Notes: generated by a model from the letters alone, not told the origin. A stretch of 64,000 nt of DNA from a bacterium (GCA_037131105.1 JBAXRQ010000001.1:765465-829464); one strand, 5' to 3'. Positions 17,629-27,658 are shown, counted from the stretch's first letter. Numbers and translations: made by a program.

Positions 17629-17950
17629 TATTAATCGTGTCTATGAAGTATATAAGCTGGTCGTCAATATAACCGGCTCGTTTGATAAACGCTGGCGATA
17701 TTCTTTAGGGGAGAGTCTTGAGGAAAGTGTCCTGGACTGTTTATCCGAGCTTATTATGGCCAAGAATGCTCCTAAGCCCCTCAAGTCTAATTATCTGCTT
17801 AAGGCTAGCGGCCATCTGGAAATTATCACCTTAAAGCTCCGCCTCGTCCTTGAGCTACAGTTAACGAATGACACTAAGATATTCCAAACTCAAGCCAAGC
17901 TGGAGGAGATCGGCCGGATGCTTGGCGGGTGGCTAAGGTCGCTTAGTTGA
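17612..17950 (+). CDS. avd: DGR accessory variability determinant (four-helix bundle)
   Basis: 112 aa MDTLPII...RYSLGE...EEIGRMLGGW; lies between TR and RT. Confidence 0.85.
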   Translation: MDTLPIINRVYEVYKLVVNITGSFDKRWRYSLGESLEESVLDCLSELIMAKNAPKPLKSNYLLKASGHLEIITLKLRLVLELQLTNDTKIFQTQAKLEEIGRMLGGWLRSLS

Positions 17951-17958
17951 CACAATCC

Positions 17959-18072
17959 CTCACCGCGGACCGGGCCCCAATGTTCGCATTCTGATTGTCG
18001 GGCTCGTTCCTGTTGAGGTTGGCCTGCCGATTGTCACGGTTCCAGTTCGCCGTCGGCACGTTCTCGGCAGCT
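17959..18072 (-). repeat. DGR template repeat (TR)
   Basis: Non-coding copy of VR1/VR2 rich in AAC/AAT codons (reads AAENVPTANWNRDNRQANLNRNEPDNQNANIGARSAVR). Confidence 0.93.
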
Positions 18073-18397
18073 AAATAGTGCTACCCTTCCTGAATCTTTA
18101 TCCGAGGGCTCCATCTGGAACCTCGGTCAAAGCTGCATTGGCTTGCTTTTCTCACCTCATTTTTGAGGTAGGTAGCACCCATTCGTGAGAGATTGTGTGT
18201 AATCATGCTGGCAGCCAGCGCTTATCGTGTCGTTTACCCTGACACGCAAGGTTCCACTGATATCGCCGCCAGCACTTCACGGTAGCCTGACTTAACAGGT
18301 TTCTATTCACCGCCCACGCGAAGCATACCTTATTTGTAAGATTATTTAAAGGTCTGAAAGCTGAAATTAAAGTATAAAAAAAGAAAAAGATTAAATA

Positions 18398-19447
18398 TCA
18401 AGCCACTCTCACCGCGGACCGGGCCCCAAGGTACGCATCCCGAAGGTCGGGCCCGCTCCCGCTGAGGTAGGCCCGCCGATAGCCACGGAACCAGCGCGCC
18501 GCCGGCACGCGCCCGGCAGCTGGAAAGTAAGAGCCGGTGCAGTAGGTGGCCGTATCTTCGTCTAGGACTTGGTTTGTCTGCTCCAGCTGCGTCATCGCCA
18601 GTGTTATAAAGTCTTCCGGATATAGCCCCTGCTCGCCGTCATAAGGAGCTTGCCTGCCTTGTATGCCCAGGTATTCCGACGGTGTTTTACCGGCTCTCAG
18701 TGGTTCTCGGCCGCCCTGAGCTTCACCCTCATTGGCTTGGGGAAGGTTGATCTGGTCCTCGACCAGGATCACTCGCCAGCCAGGGAATGAGGTTGATTCG
18801 CTCTCTTGGATGAGCCCCGCCTTCTCCTTGCCTTGGTGGTCGCTTGAGAACTCTTTGACGTCGTAGACAAGTGAGCCGTTTTCATCAGCCTGGTTATATT
18901 TATCCCAGACCCAGACCGGCTCGTTCGTATCCAGATCGAGTTCCTGGCCGTCTTTATCAAGCAGCTGGTGGTTGGCTTTGTGGTCAAGAATACTCTTCTT
19001 ATAGCCGGCGATTAAGTCACCGAGCTTCATGCCGACCGGGACGACGAGAATCTTGACAAACCCTTGTTCCAATTTTTGAGCTAATTCTGCTCTTTGCTCT
19101 CTTAAACGGTCGATAATTACTTCCAGCTTCGGCATCGGTCGGCTAATGCCTTTGATGTCGATAATGCCGAACTCACCACCTGGTAGCTGCTTGACTACCT
19201 CGGCTACCTTAAACGCGGTCACCTGTGATTCGTATTGAGAGGCAACATTCTCTCTTGTTAGCTCCTTGAATGGCCAGAGCTTTTCCCTCAAGCCTTGCTG
19301 GCGTTGCTCAAGTTGTTCTCTAAGATTGTAGGCGTCCTGAAGATTGCCGGTTTGAACCGATTCATTTAGAACCGTGTCAAACTGGCTTTTGAGATCTTTT
19401 ATCTCCTGGAGCTCACCCCTTAATTGCTGGCAAGAATTTTCGGACAT
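18398..19447 (-). CDS. DGR target protein 2 (paralog of target 1)
   Basis: MSENSCQQLR N-terminus, C-terminal VR2 ending GARSAVRVA. Confidence 0.85.
   Translation of the reverse strand: MSENSCQQLRGELQEIKDLKSQFDTVLNESVQTGNLQDAYNLREQLEQRQQGLREKLWPFKELTRENVASQYESQVTAFKVAEVVKQLPGGEFGIIDIKGISRPMPKLEVIIDRLREQRAELAQKLEQGFVKILVVPVGMKLGDLIAGYKKSILDHKANHQLLDKDGQELDLDTNEPVWVWDKYNQADENGSLVYDVKEFSSDHQGKEKAGLIQESESTSFPGWRVILVEDQINLPQANEGEAQGGREPLRAGKTPSEYLGIQGRQAPYDGEQGLYPEDFITLAMTQLEQTNQVLDEDTATYCTGSYFPAAGRVPAARWFRGYRRAYLSGSGPDLRDAYLGARSAVRVA
18408..18521 (-). repeat. DGR variable repeat VR2
   Basis: 114-bp match to TR; all 22 mismatches at TR adenines (manual count). Confidence 0.93.
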
Positions 19448-19758
19448 AAATATAAAATCCTTTTGTTGTTAGTATACAGTACTTTGGTAAATGTGGAAAA
19501 AGATTAATCTGGAATATGCATGTATTCATGACTTGAATTCGGCAACTTTCAGATCGTTTTTCGGATGGTGTTCCTCCTGCCAGTCTTCCCATCGTAAGGG
19601 CAGGTCAGGCCGGGTCAAGGTTGTTCCTTTTTATCGTAATCCCTCCTTGGATCGGTGAGGACTCCACCTTGACCCGTCCAGCATGCTGCCCTTCATCTCT
19701 GGGCAGAGGCAGGAGGTCGACCAGCCTTACATTAAGCACATAACAAAAGGAGGTAGAT

Positions 19759-19953
19759 ATGAAGACAAAAGAAGAAGTGGTCAGGGAGTTCTGGGAGCAG
19801 GACAGCCAGTTCAAGGCGTTGCTCATAAAGTACAAGGGAAACGATGAGGCGCTGGGTGAGGCCGACTTTCTCTACCAGCAGGGAGTCAGGGTCAGCGACA
19901 TTGAGCTGGTACTAGAGAATCTGAGCGTAAATAACATTAAGGAGAACATATGA
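19759..19953 (+). CDS. Small hypothetical protein
   Basis: Strong SD AAGGAGG; overlaps the next ORF. Confidence 0.55.
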   Translation: MKTKEEVVREFWEQDSQFKALLIKYKGNDEALGEADFLYQQGVRVSDIELVLENLSVNNIKENI

Positions 19954-20213
19954 ACAACAGTAAAACAGTAGAACTTTCAAAGGTAGCCCAGCTGAACGAC
20001 TCGTTTCGTAAATCAGGTTTTGGGGTGACGGTTACTCCGGGTATCCAGGACTTGCCGGACATGCTCAGGCTGCTTGAGGAAGTCAGGTTGTTTTCGGACT
20101 TTAGCGAAGACAACGATCCGTACGGTGAGCATGACTTCGGGACGATCCGATGGGGCTGCGAGAAGGTCTTCTGGAACAGGGTCAGCGGCAGGTGGTTCTG
20201 CAGGGCATTGTAG
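19950..20213 (+). CDS. DUF3768-like protein, possibly truncated
   Basis: LNDSFR...F.DFSEDNDPYGEHDFG...KVFW motif; C-terminus diverges from the expected family tail. Confidence 0.6.
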   Translation: MNNSKTVELSKVAQLNDSFRKSGFGVTVTPGIQDLPDMLRLLEEVRLFSDFSEDNDPYGEHDFGTIRWGCEKVFWNRVSGRWFCRAL

Positions 20214-20520
20214 AGGTCGACAGCAAACTGGCTGCCCTGGATGGCTGCCGGGTGGGCATGGATGAAGCTGTCGGTCAGGATGGACGAGTCTGAGGGTGAC
20301 GGTAGCGGGGCTGGCACAGCACGCTCCTTCTCCCTCCCTTTGTTTATGCATGCTAAAAACTTAGCTCAGGTATATCAGATCTGATCTTCAGATTCAAGAT
20401 CCAGTACATGATATAGGCTGAAGTGATATCGGGATCCGTGTTTAATTTGTGAATTCACCCTCTTGACGCTATCCACATATGTGATAGTGTTATACATATA
20501 AAGGATAGTTAGGAGGGCGT

Positions 20521-20886
20521 ATGTTATCTCATCAAGTCCAGAATGTTGACTCCCGGAATATCACCTATCAGGTAGGCGATAGGTCTAAAAATGGGGTTCG
20601 CCCTTTTGAGGATATAACAGCCGAGAAACCAAGCTCTGAGTATCGATCCATCAACCCTAAACAGTCGTTCGACAGCGCCTTAAAGTACATCTTCCCTGAG
20701 CACAAGGAAGAGACTCGGCTTCAAAGGGCCCGATTAATTATGGGCGAGGATGTCAGTGATATGCCGGATGAGGAACTAGAGGTGTATCTGACTGAGTTTC
20801 ACCTTCTTGTCACTGCCTGGCTCGATGACTTTGAAAAACAAGTATTTATCGGCTTAACGCTTCAGCAGATGCTGAGAAAGGAATAA
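20521..20886 (+). CDS. Hypothetical protein upstream of recombinase
   Basis: SD AGGAGG; TTGACG promoter-like element upstream; coupled to the recombinase. Confidence 0.6.
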   Translation: MLSHQVQNVDSRNITYQVGDRSKNGVRPFEDITAEKPSSEYRSINPKQSFDSALKYIFPEHKEETRLQRARLIMGEDVSDMPDEELEVYLTEFHLLVTAWLDDFEKQVFIGLTLQQMLRKE

Positions 20887-20887
20887 C

Positions 20888-22468
20888 ATGCCCCAATCAA
20901 GCCACGGGAAAACCATGGGCCAGACGGGAAGAGCGGTCATTTACCTGAGGGTTTCGACCGAAGAGCAGGTAGAGAACTACTCGCTCGAGACACAGGAGAA
21001 TATCTGCCGCAAGGAGGCGGAGCGACGAGGCCTGACGGTCTTTGATATATTCCGGGAAGAGGGTCGATCTGCAAAGACCATCAAGGGACGGCCCGTACTA
21101 ATTGAGATGCTCGAGTTTTGCCGTAAGCATAAGCGAGAAATTGACACCATCATAGTCTACCGGCTTGATCGTATCTCACGGCAAACCGCAGACTACCTAG
21201 CCATTCGCAAGAAGCTGACCGAGTGTGAAATCACATTGGTTTCCGCTACTGAGCCGACCGGGGAAACACCAACAGAAAAATTCGTCGAGACCATGCTGGC
21301 CGGTTTCGCCCAGATGGATAATGACGTCCGGAGCGAGCGATCCAGGAATGGCATGAAGGCTCGGTTTATGGCCGGTCTGTACAATGGACGAACGCCCCTT
21401 GGCTACCTGAACCAGGACGGATACGCAAGTATCGATCCGAAAACCTTCGACAAGATGAAGGCCGCCTGGGATATGATGGCAACGGGGACTACGACACTGA
21501 GGGCCATGGCGGACATACTAAATGCCCAGGGCGTACGTGAGCGGCGGGCTGGTGGCAAGGAGTATCTGCTGCGTTCGCAGTCCTTGAGCCGGATCTTTAG
21601 TAACAAGTTCTATGCCGGCAAGGTCGTCTCGAAACGATACGGCATGGAAGTCCAGGGGCAGCATACAGCCATGATAACCGAGGAACAGTTCTATCTCGTC
21701 CAGGCGGTGCTACAGGGCCGCAACAAGCTGTTCCAGACCGTTTCTCAGACCAGGAGGAATAAGGACAACCCCGACTTCCGTATGCGTCGCATTGCCAAGT
21801 GCTCTGGCTGCGGCCAGTCATTTACGGGAGGCTGGAGCAAGGGCCGGCATGCCCGATATGCCTACTATTTCTGTCCGAAGCGGTGTGGGGCCGGACCATC
21901 GGTTCCTCTAGATACCTTGGAGGAAGCCACTACTCTACATCTAACCGATGTAAGCCCAAGTACAAAAACGGTCAACCTATTTGTCGCCACACTGCGAAAG
22001 GAGTACTGCGAACGAATCGGCAACCTACAGAACAGGCGCAGTAAGGCAGATGGTGATATTAAGAAAGTGTATGAGCTTCGTCAGGCCCTTATCGAAAAGA
22101 ACCTCTCTGGAATCTATTCCGATGAAATCTTCAAAGAACAGAACGCCTTACTGGAAGAGAAGCTTAAGGTCATCCACGTTGCGAAAAATGATGCAGTTAT
22201 TGAAAAATATAACCTCGAGGCGATTACGCTCTTTATCAAGCAGAAGCTCGGTAATCTCTCTGATACCTATAAAAATTCGGACTTGGCCCAGACTAGAGCC
22301 CTACTCGGTTCGATATACCCCTCTGGAATGCCATGGGGCTATCCGGGCTATTCGAATCCCGAATTTAGTCCATTTTACAGGTTAATTGTCGATGCTGGGC
22401 AAGGTAATGCCCCTATTGGTGGACGACAGACATTTTTCGTGGAACCAAATAGTGCAAGAACTGGTTGA
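20888..22468 (+). CDS. Large serine recombinase (integrase) 1
   Basis: YLRVSTEEQ, SAKT..RP, YRLDRISR, recombinase domain, CxxC...C zinc ribbon. Confidence 0.93.
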   Translation: MPQSSHGKTMGQTGRAVIYLRVSTEEQVENYSLETQENICRKEAERRGLTVFDIFREEGRSAKTIKGRPVLIEMLEFCRKHKREIDTIIVYRLDRISRQTADYLAIRKKLTECEITLVSATEPTGETPTEKFVETMLAGFAQMDNDVRSERSRNGMKARFMAGLYNGRTPLGYLNQDGYASIDPKTFDKMKAAWDMMATGTTTLRAMADILNAQGVRERRAGGKEYLLRSQSLSRIFSNKFYAGKVVSKRYGMEVQGQHTAMITEEQFYLVQAVLQGRNKLFQTVSQTRRNKDNPDFRMRRIAKCSGCGQSFTGGWSKGRHARYAYYFCPKRCGAGPSVPLDTLEEATTLHLTDVSPSTKTVNLFVATLRKEYCERIGNLQNRRSKADGDIKKVYELRQALIEKNLSGIYSDEIFKEQNALLEEKLKVIHVAKNDAVIEKYNLEAITLFIKQKLGNLSDTYKNSDLAQTRALLGSIYPSGMPWGYPGYSNPEFSPFYRLIVDAGQGNAPIGGRQTFFVEPNSARTG

Positions 22469-22535
22469 ATTATCTCGAATCTTGAAGGGTGCGCAGCTGG
22501 GTACTGCCTGAAATACTACCAGGCCGGTGTAGAAC

Positions 22536-23102
22536 TCAGTGGTGCCTCAAATACTGGACAAGCTTATGCAAGCTTACCTCTGCAAAGTGCCAGATAGGTC
22601 CCAGAACTGGCCATGCCTGAATTAGAAGAATGATGAGCGCTAGACCAAGAATAATCCACCACAGCCCAATCCAGAGCTTGTATCTCCAGGCAGACTTTAG
22701 GGAATTTGTTTCTATAAGTATTTTACCAGCAAGAAAGCCATCGGGGTTAATCCTGATCTTATAAGCCCCTTGAGAGCTATCAATCGGCTTTTCAATGGCA
22801 AAACCCCTCATTACTAGCGCTTCCATCACTTCTTTAGAAAAGCCAACAATGAAGTCTATCAATCTTTGAGCACTTGCATCACCGGCCGCAAGTCGTGCGT
22901 TGAACTCTCTCTTTAATAGGTCTTCAATATTCTCCTTAGAAATATAAGAGCCTACGAACTTATGATCTGGCCCCGCCGCCCACATCAAAGCAGCTTTTTC
23001 AGAGTCCCAGATGTCTTTAGTGGCAATTTCATGCTCAGCGTCAATAAGACGCTGGTAAACGTCGATTCTTCTGAAAAAGCTCGGAACGATTGGTAAATCC
23101 AT
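22536..23102 (-). CDS. Hypothetical protein with C-terminal TM helix
   Basis: 188 aa; LWIGLWWIILGLALIILLIQAW; last gene of the cassette. Confidence 0.6.
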   Translation of the reverse strand: MDLPIVPSFFRRIDVYQRLIDAEHEIATKDIWDSEKAALMWAAGPDHKFVGSYISKENIEDLLKREFNARLAAGDASAQRLIDFIVGFSKEVMEALVMRGFAIEKPIDSSQGAYKIRINPDGFLAGKILIETNSLKSAWRYKLWIGLWWIILGLALIILLIQAWPVLGPIWHFAEVSLHKLVQYLRHH

Positions 23103-23108
23103 AAGCCG

Positions 23109-24008
23109 TTAAATAGGTACTTCCTCAAGCTCTAGGCCCTCTACAATAGGCTCATTCACACTTGACTGAGGAATGTAGACATCTTTATTCATTCCTTCAT
23201 CTACACCCACATATTGGGCTTCTCCATTCAGTATCTCCTCATACGGGCTGCAAGCAAAACAACCACCTCTAGAACAATCAAATAAGCGATCTTCTCTTGC
23301 TAGCTTTATTGACTGAGCAACATCTAGAACCTGTCGAGTACATTGCTCAATATCTGGTAACGCCACCTCTACTGGCTTATCCTGGCTGTCTAAATACCAG
23401 TAGCTGGCCTTGCTTACTTCTCTGTTTTGGCAGTGCTTCACTAATAAGTGATAGATCGGCAACTGTAAAGAACCAGCCTTTTCCTCGTTCTTTCCTGTTT
23501 TAAAATCTAATATGTGAACACTATCTGTTTCGGGGATGTATTCCAACCAGTCTACTTTGCCGCAGAGAATTATGTTGTCTTCTTCAGAAAGATAAAAGCT
23601 GGGCAACCCCTCAATCATCATCGACCTAGCAGGAATAGTTAGGGCTTTGTTTAGTAAAGGCCCAGGATGCTTCATTACTCTTTCCAGCATTTCACGCCCT
23701 CTTTGTTTAAACTCCTCTTCCTGTTCATTACTGGAGAACCCACCCCATTTACCTCTGACCTTTTCCCAGGCTAGATCATATTTGTCTAGAAGAGAGTCTT
23801 TTAAACGAACATCAACCGGTAGGGACTGTAGAGATTCTAAAACCCCATGTACCGCTTGCCCTAAAGCAAGAGAGGGCTGCATTAAAGTAATTTTTCTACC
23901 CGTCTGAGGATTCTTGTAAAGATTCTTCAGGTAATACGATCTTGGACACTTCAGATAGTCACCAATGGAGGAGTGGGAGAGCCAAACTGCATAGCGGGTA
24001 TCCTGCAT
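23109..24008 (-). CDS. PD-(D/E)XK nuclease (RecB/AddB-like, Fe-S-type cysteines)
   Basis: LSHSSIGDYLKCPR, GQAVH, GKVDW...ILDFKTG, QLPIY, C-terminal CxxxxCxxC. Confidence 0.85.
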   Translation of the reverse strand: MQDTRYAVWLSHSSIGDYLKCPRSYYLKNLYKNPQTGRKITLMQPSLALGQAVHGVLESLQSLPVDVRLKDSLLDKYDLAWEKVRGKWGGFSSNEQEEEFKQRGREMLERVMKHPGPLLNKALTIPARSMMIEGLPSFYLSEEDNIILCGKVDWLEYIPETDSVHILDFKTGKNEEKAGSLQLPIYHLLVKHCQNREVSKASYWYLDSQDKPVEVALPDIEQCTRQVLDVAQSIKLAREDRLFDCSRGGCFACSPYEEILNGEAQYVGVDEGMNKDVYIPQSSVNEPIVEGLELEEVPI

Positions 24009-24022
24009 ATATTTCCTCTAGG

Positions 24023-27000
24023 CTACTGAAGAAGCTTGAGAATTTCTTCACCATACTTCTTGGTATCTGACTCCCTCTTAGTCCAGTCAGAGTATTTGAC
24101 CCTGTAAAATTCCCATCCAGCGCTACGAAGAATTGCTTCACGTTCTTCATCTGACTCAACGTATACTCCTAAACTTTCATCTAATTCATCCTTGAAATGA
24201 GTTGGGCCATCACACTCAATAGCAATCTTTTTATTGTTTTTACTATTGGTAACCACAAAATCTAATCGGAAACCGCAGCTTTGTATTTGATTCTGGACAA
24301 TATAGTCTTTACCGAGTTGATTGAGTACCTCACCGAAGAAGTCAATCTCAAATTTAGAATCACAAAGGTCAATATTGAATTGTTGGGAGTAAAAGCTAAT
24401 CTCACCATTTTCTTCTACATATTGAAGATATTTCTTTATCCAAACCCCTTCTGGAAATTCATGGACAGGCATACTAGTAAAACAATGCACCTGCAACTTA
24501 CCTCGAGAAAAGGCGACATTTACTCGACCTTCTGCAAGTGCCTTAGCAATTTCACCGCCTTCACCTGTGAGCGCAACATAGCGTCTTTTTTGACTAGGCT
24601 GCTTGATAGCAAAGGAGTAAAGCACAATGTCTTTCTCATCGCCCTGAATACCCTCGATGATTGCTACTTTTACGTTATCTCGGTCTTCAAGGATATTGTT
24701 TTCTTCAAGCACCCTTCGTATAAGTTCAGCCTGGGCATTGAAAAAAGTTAAAACGCCAATAGATTTTTCGGCATACTTCTCGTCTTCACGAAGAGAGTGA
24801 ATCATCTCAGCAATAGCTAAAGCCTCACTGTAATTAGTGTCATCCGAGACTTCTTTATCCATATCAACGCTAACCTCATGTACTAGCATTACTCGGTTTG
24901 TGTCCTGATATGTAAGATAGTTGGTGTTGATAGGTACTAGACTACCATCGTAAAAATAGTGGTTTGAAAAACCAATCAACTCACGAGGTGAGCGATAATG
25001 ATTAAGTAGCTTTGTCCCCCTAAAGCCCCTTAACTTGGCAATATCTAAGACAGATTGCACAGAGTCCTGAGCGGGTTTGATATTCATATGCTGAGGAATA
25101 CCATACCGTAGTGCAAGCTCTTCAAACGAGCGATTGGTTTTAAACTTAATACTGTCATCACGCATTTGGTTAGGGTCACCAACAAAAACAGCTTTTTTCG
25201 CCCTAAACATAGCCGGTAAAGCGTAAGCAATATTGCACTGAGAGGCTTCATCAAAAATCACATAATCGAACAAACCTTTCTGAAGAGGAAGTAATCGACT
25301 TGCATCATCAAGCTCCATAAGCCAGATAGGAACAAGGTCAGTGGCAATAACAGTAGTCTCAGGGTCATTTTTGAGAGCAGCAAAGGTTTTAAAGGCTCGC
25401 TTTGATTTCTTAAGCACCTTACTTAAGCGAGCCAGTGCACCTCTCACCGGCATACGGATATATTCCCGCTTAACCCGTTGGGAAATAATATTTCGTAAAT
25501 ACTGAGCAACCACCATGCGCCTATCCAGCTCCTTCTTAAAGAATTGGCCAGCAATTTTATTAGCGTCAGCCTTACCAAGCTGACTTAACTTGTGCCGCAG
25601 CTCATTAGCCTTTAAGACTTTTTCTACAACCAGATCACAGCTTTCACCTTCGAGTAAGCTATTTAAATACTGATAGTCTGAAAATGACTTAAGGCCTAAC
25701 TTAACAATTGCCTCCTCAACTGGTTTGCGCAAAGAAGATAATTCAGCTTGATTACAGTAGTAATCAAAGAAACTATTAAAGCTCTCGAGCCGATTTAATA
25801 GTTCGTGTTTTGTAGGATTATCTTTCTGAATCTCATCAATATAATCCCTGATTTCACGAGGAACCTTGCCCAAAGTGTCGGATAAAGCCAGCTTAAATTT
25901 GATGGTAGAAAGTCCTCGTGCCAGTCGTCCATGCCCATCAAAGCCAGATTTCTCAATATAGGAATAAACTGCCAGAAGGTGATCTCCTATTTGCCGGTCA
26001 CGCACCTTTTCGGTTATCAATCCAAACCTCTCATGCCAAGCCGCATTGTTCTCCTTGCTTTCAGCACTATAAGCCTGGATTGATTGCTGCAACTCTACGG
26101 AGCGAGTAATGAGACTATTAAGCTCTTGAACATATTCTGGAGTACAGGCTGATTTAAAATAATTGGCGTTTTGGACTTCGATACTATAGCTACTTAGTTC
26201 TTCGAGCTCTTTTTCCAGAGAAGTAAATAGTCTCTGTTCGTCTATTGAGCCATTCAACCCATCTTTCAGTACAGCCTTTTCACGAGCAACTGGCTCCAGT
26301 TCCGTACTGGCCGTAGCTCCATAATTTAGAGCAGTAATATATTGCTCAATATTGGCAAGCTGTGCAGCAATGCCGTCTTGTTCATCAGTATAGTCGAGGA
26401 CTTTGGATGCAGGATTAGGTATATAGCCAAACAAGTATTTGATATTAAGATCACGCAATCTGTCCTTTACTACCTTGAGCGCCTGCGGCTTTTGACTTAC
26501 AAAAAGCACTTTATTACCCTTAGCCGCAAGATGACACAACAGGTTAGAAATTGTTTGAGACTTTCCCGTCCCAGGAGGGCCGTGAATTACTGCACACCGA
26601 TTATCTAGCACCGAGAGAGCGTGCAACTGGTATTTATCGTAAACAAAAGGAAAGTAGAGCTGTCCTTCACTTGGTACTTGGCCATCAATATCACATTCAT
26701 CATCTGATGCCCAAGCGAGCAAGCTAGTATCTTCTAACTCCGTATCCTCCATTTTTGTTAGAGCTAGCAAGTCTTCGGTTAAGAAGTAGTTCACCCTAGG
26801 GACTAGGGCAAGCTGTATTTCATCAAGACTGAATGAATCATCATCAAATAAAGCCTCTGTATTTTTCAGCCTACTGCGCACAATTTCCCACACCTTAAGA
26901 AGAACTTCTGAATCAGATGTGGGTAAAGTTAACTCGCTTGAGACCTCCAGCTTTCCGATCTCTTCAATAGCGTCGTAATAAAGAGCCTCGCCCAATACTG

Positions 27001-27541
27001 CTTCTAGCGGAGAAAGTAATACTTGTAAATTTGTATCGAAAATTGCCAGTTTATAACCTGTTGATTTCTTAAGAGGATATCTTTCTATAGACACCGGAAT
27101 AGAAAAAAGTGGCTGATAAATGGGGCCGCTTTCTTCTTTCAGAGTTTCTTTATTTCCTTCCTCTACTTCTAGAGCCTCATTTTCTGGTTGTGGAAGACTG
27201 ACACGATAAAAGCCAAAGTTAAGCTTAAGCTCTTTAGTGAATTCATCGTTTTTAAATTTATTGTGGAGAGCCTCAATGCTCATGGCCAATTTCTTTTCTT
27301 CTTCGTATGCCACCCGTATTTCTTCTGACTGTTTTTCAAGATCAAGAGGCGAAAACTCATTAAAAGTTGGCAAATCAACTTCTTGGACTAAATCATCTTC
27401 AATTAAAAAACGTTCCAAGCTAAAGTATTTGCCTGGAAGTGTGACTGAGCTGTCTTGTGACCGCCGCAGAATAGGCCTCGTCGTTAAACGAAGATAGCCA
27501 AGACAGTACTTTAGATAATTTTGTAGGTTTATTTCGGACAT
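24023..27541 (-). CDS. SF1 (UPF1-like) helicase fused to a Vsr-like/DUF559-type endonuclease
   Basis: HGPPGTGKS, FDEASQ, VGDPNQ, HYRS, IQGDEKD, RVNVAFSR; C-terminal RLDF...IAIECDGPTH...LRSAGW. Confidence 0.85.
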   Translation of the reverse strand: MSEINLQNYLKYCLGYLRLTTRPILRRSQDSSVTLPGKYFSLERFLIEDDLVQEVDLPTFNEFSPLDLEKQSEEIRVAYEEEKKLAMSIEALHNKFKNDEFTKELKLNFGFYRVSLPQPENEALEVEEGNKETLKEESGPIYQPLFSIPVSIERYPLKKSTGYKLAIFDTNLQVLLSPLEAVLGEALYYDAIEEIGKLEVSSELTLPTSDSEVLLKVWEIVRSRLKNTEALFDDDSFSLDEIQLALVPRVNYFLTEDLLALTKMEDTELEDTSLLAWASDDECDIDGQVPSEGQLYFPFVYDKYQLHALSVLDNRCAVIHGPPGTGKSQTISNLLCHLAAKGNKVLFVSQKPQALKVVKDRLRDLNIKYLFGYIPNPASKVLDYTDEQDGIAAQLANIEQYITALNYGATASTELEPVAREKAVLKDGLNGSIDEQRLFTSLEKELEELSSYSIEVQNANYFKSACTPEYVQELNSLITRSVELQQSIQAYSAESKENNAAWHERFGLITEKVRDRQIGDHLLAVYSYIEKSGFDGHGRLARGLSTIKFKLALSDTLGKVPREIRDYIDEIQKDNPTKHELLNRLESFNSFFDYYCNQAELSSLRKPVEEAIVKLGLKSFSDYQYLNSLLEGESCDLVVEKVLKANELRHKLSQLGKADANKIAGQFFKKELDRRMVVAQYLRNIISQRVKREYIRMPVRGALARLSKVLKKSKRAFKTFAALKNDPETTVIATDLVPIWLMELDDASRLLPLQKGLFDYVIFDEASQCNIAYALPAMFRAKKAVFVGDPNQMRDDSIKFKTNRSFEELALRYGIPQHMNIKPAQDSVQSVLDIAKLRGFRGTKLLNHYRSPRELIGFSNHYFYDGSLVPINTNYLTYQDTNRVMLVHEVSVDMDKEVSDDTNYSEALAIAEMIHSLREDEKYAEKSIGVLTFFNAQAELIRRVLEENNILEDRDNVKVAIIEGIQGDEKDIVLYSFAIKQPSQKRRYVALTGEGGEIAKALAEGRVNVAFSRGKLQVHCFTSMPVHEFPEGVWIKKYLQYVEENGEISFYSQQFNIDLCDSKFEIDFFGEVLNQLGKDYIVQNQIQSCGFRLDFVVTNSKNNKKIAIECDGPTHFKDELDESLGVYVESDEEREAILRSAGWEFYRVKYSDWTKRESDTKKYGEEILKLLQ

Positions 27542-27658
27542 AAAAAGAAGGGCTTCTTTGGGTCTAGCTTATCATATAAAAGTCATCAATAACATGAGTT
27601 TACCCAAGAAAATTACGGGGGGTATTGCATAAATTATACATAGTGGTATGATTTATAC

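Larger units (their letters stand above)
10934..22424. mobile_element. Integrated element 1 (large serine recombinase; carries the DGR and the MoxR/VWA operon)
   Basis: Bounded by TTGGTGGAC (tRNA-Ala 3' end) at 10934-10942 and 22416-22424; recombinase ORF at the right end reads through the core. Confidence 0.7.

Noticed and set aside
20376-20436. Clustered GATC/AGATC motifs as a possible replication origin
   Set aside because: Short, irregular and with no adjacent Rep gene; insufficient support.
23109-24008. Cas4 / CRISPR-Cas locus
   Set aside because: A Cas4-like cysteine pattern is present, but there are no cas1/cas2 genes or repeat-spacer array in the window.
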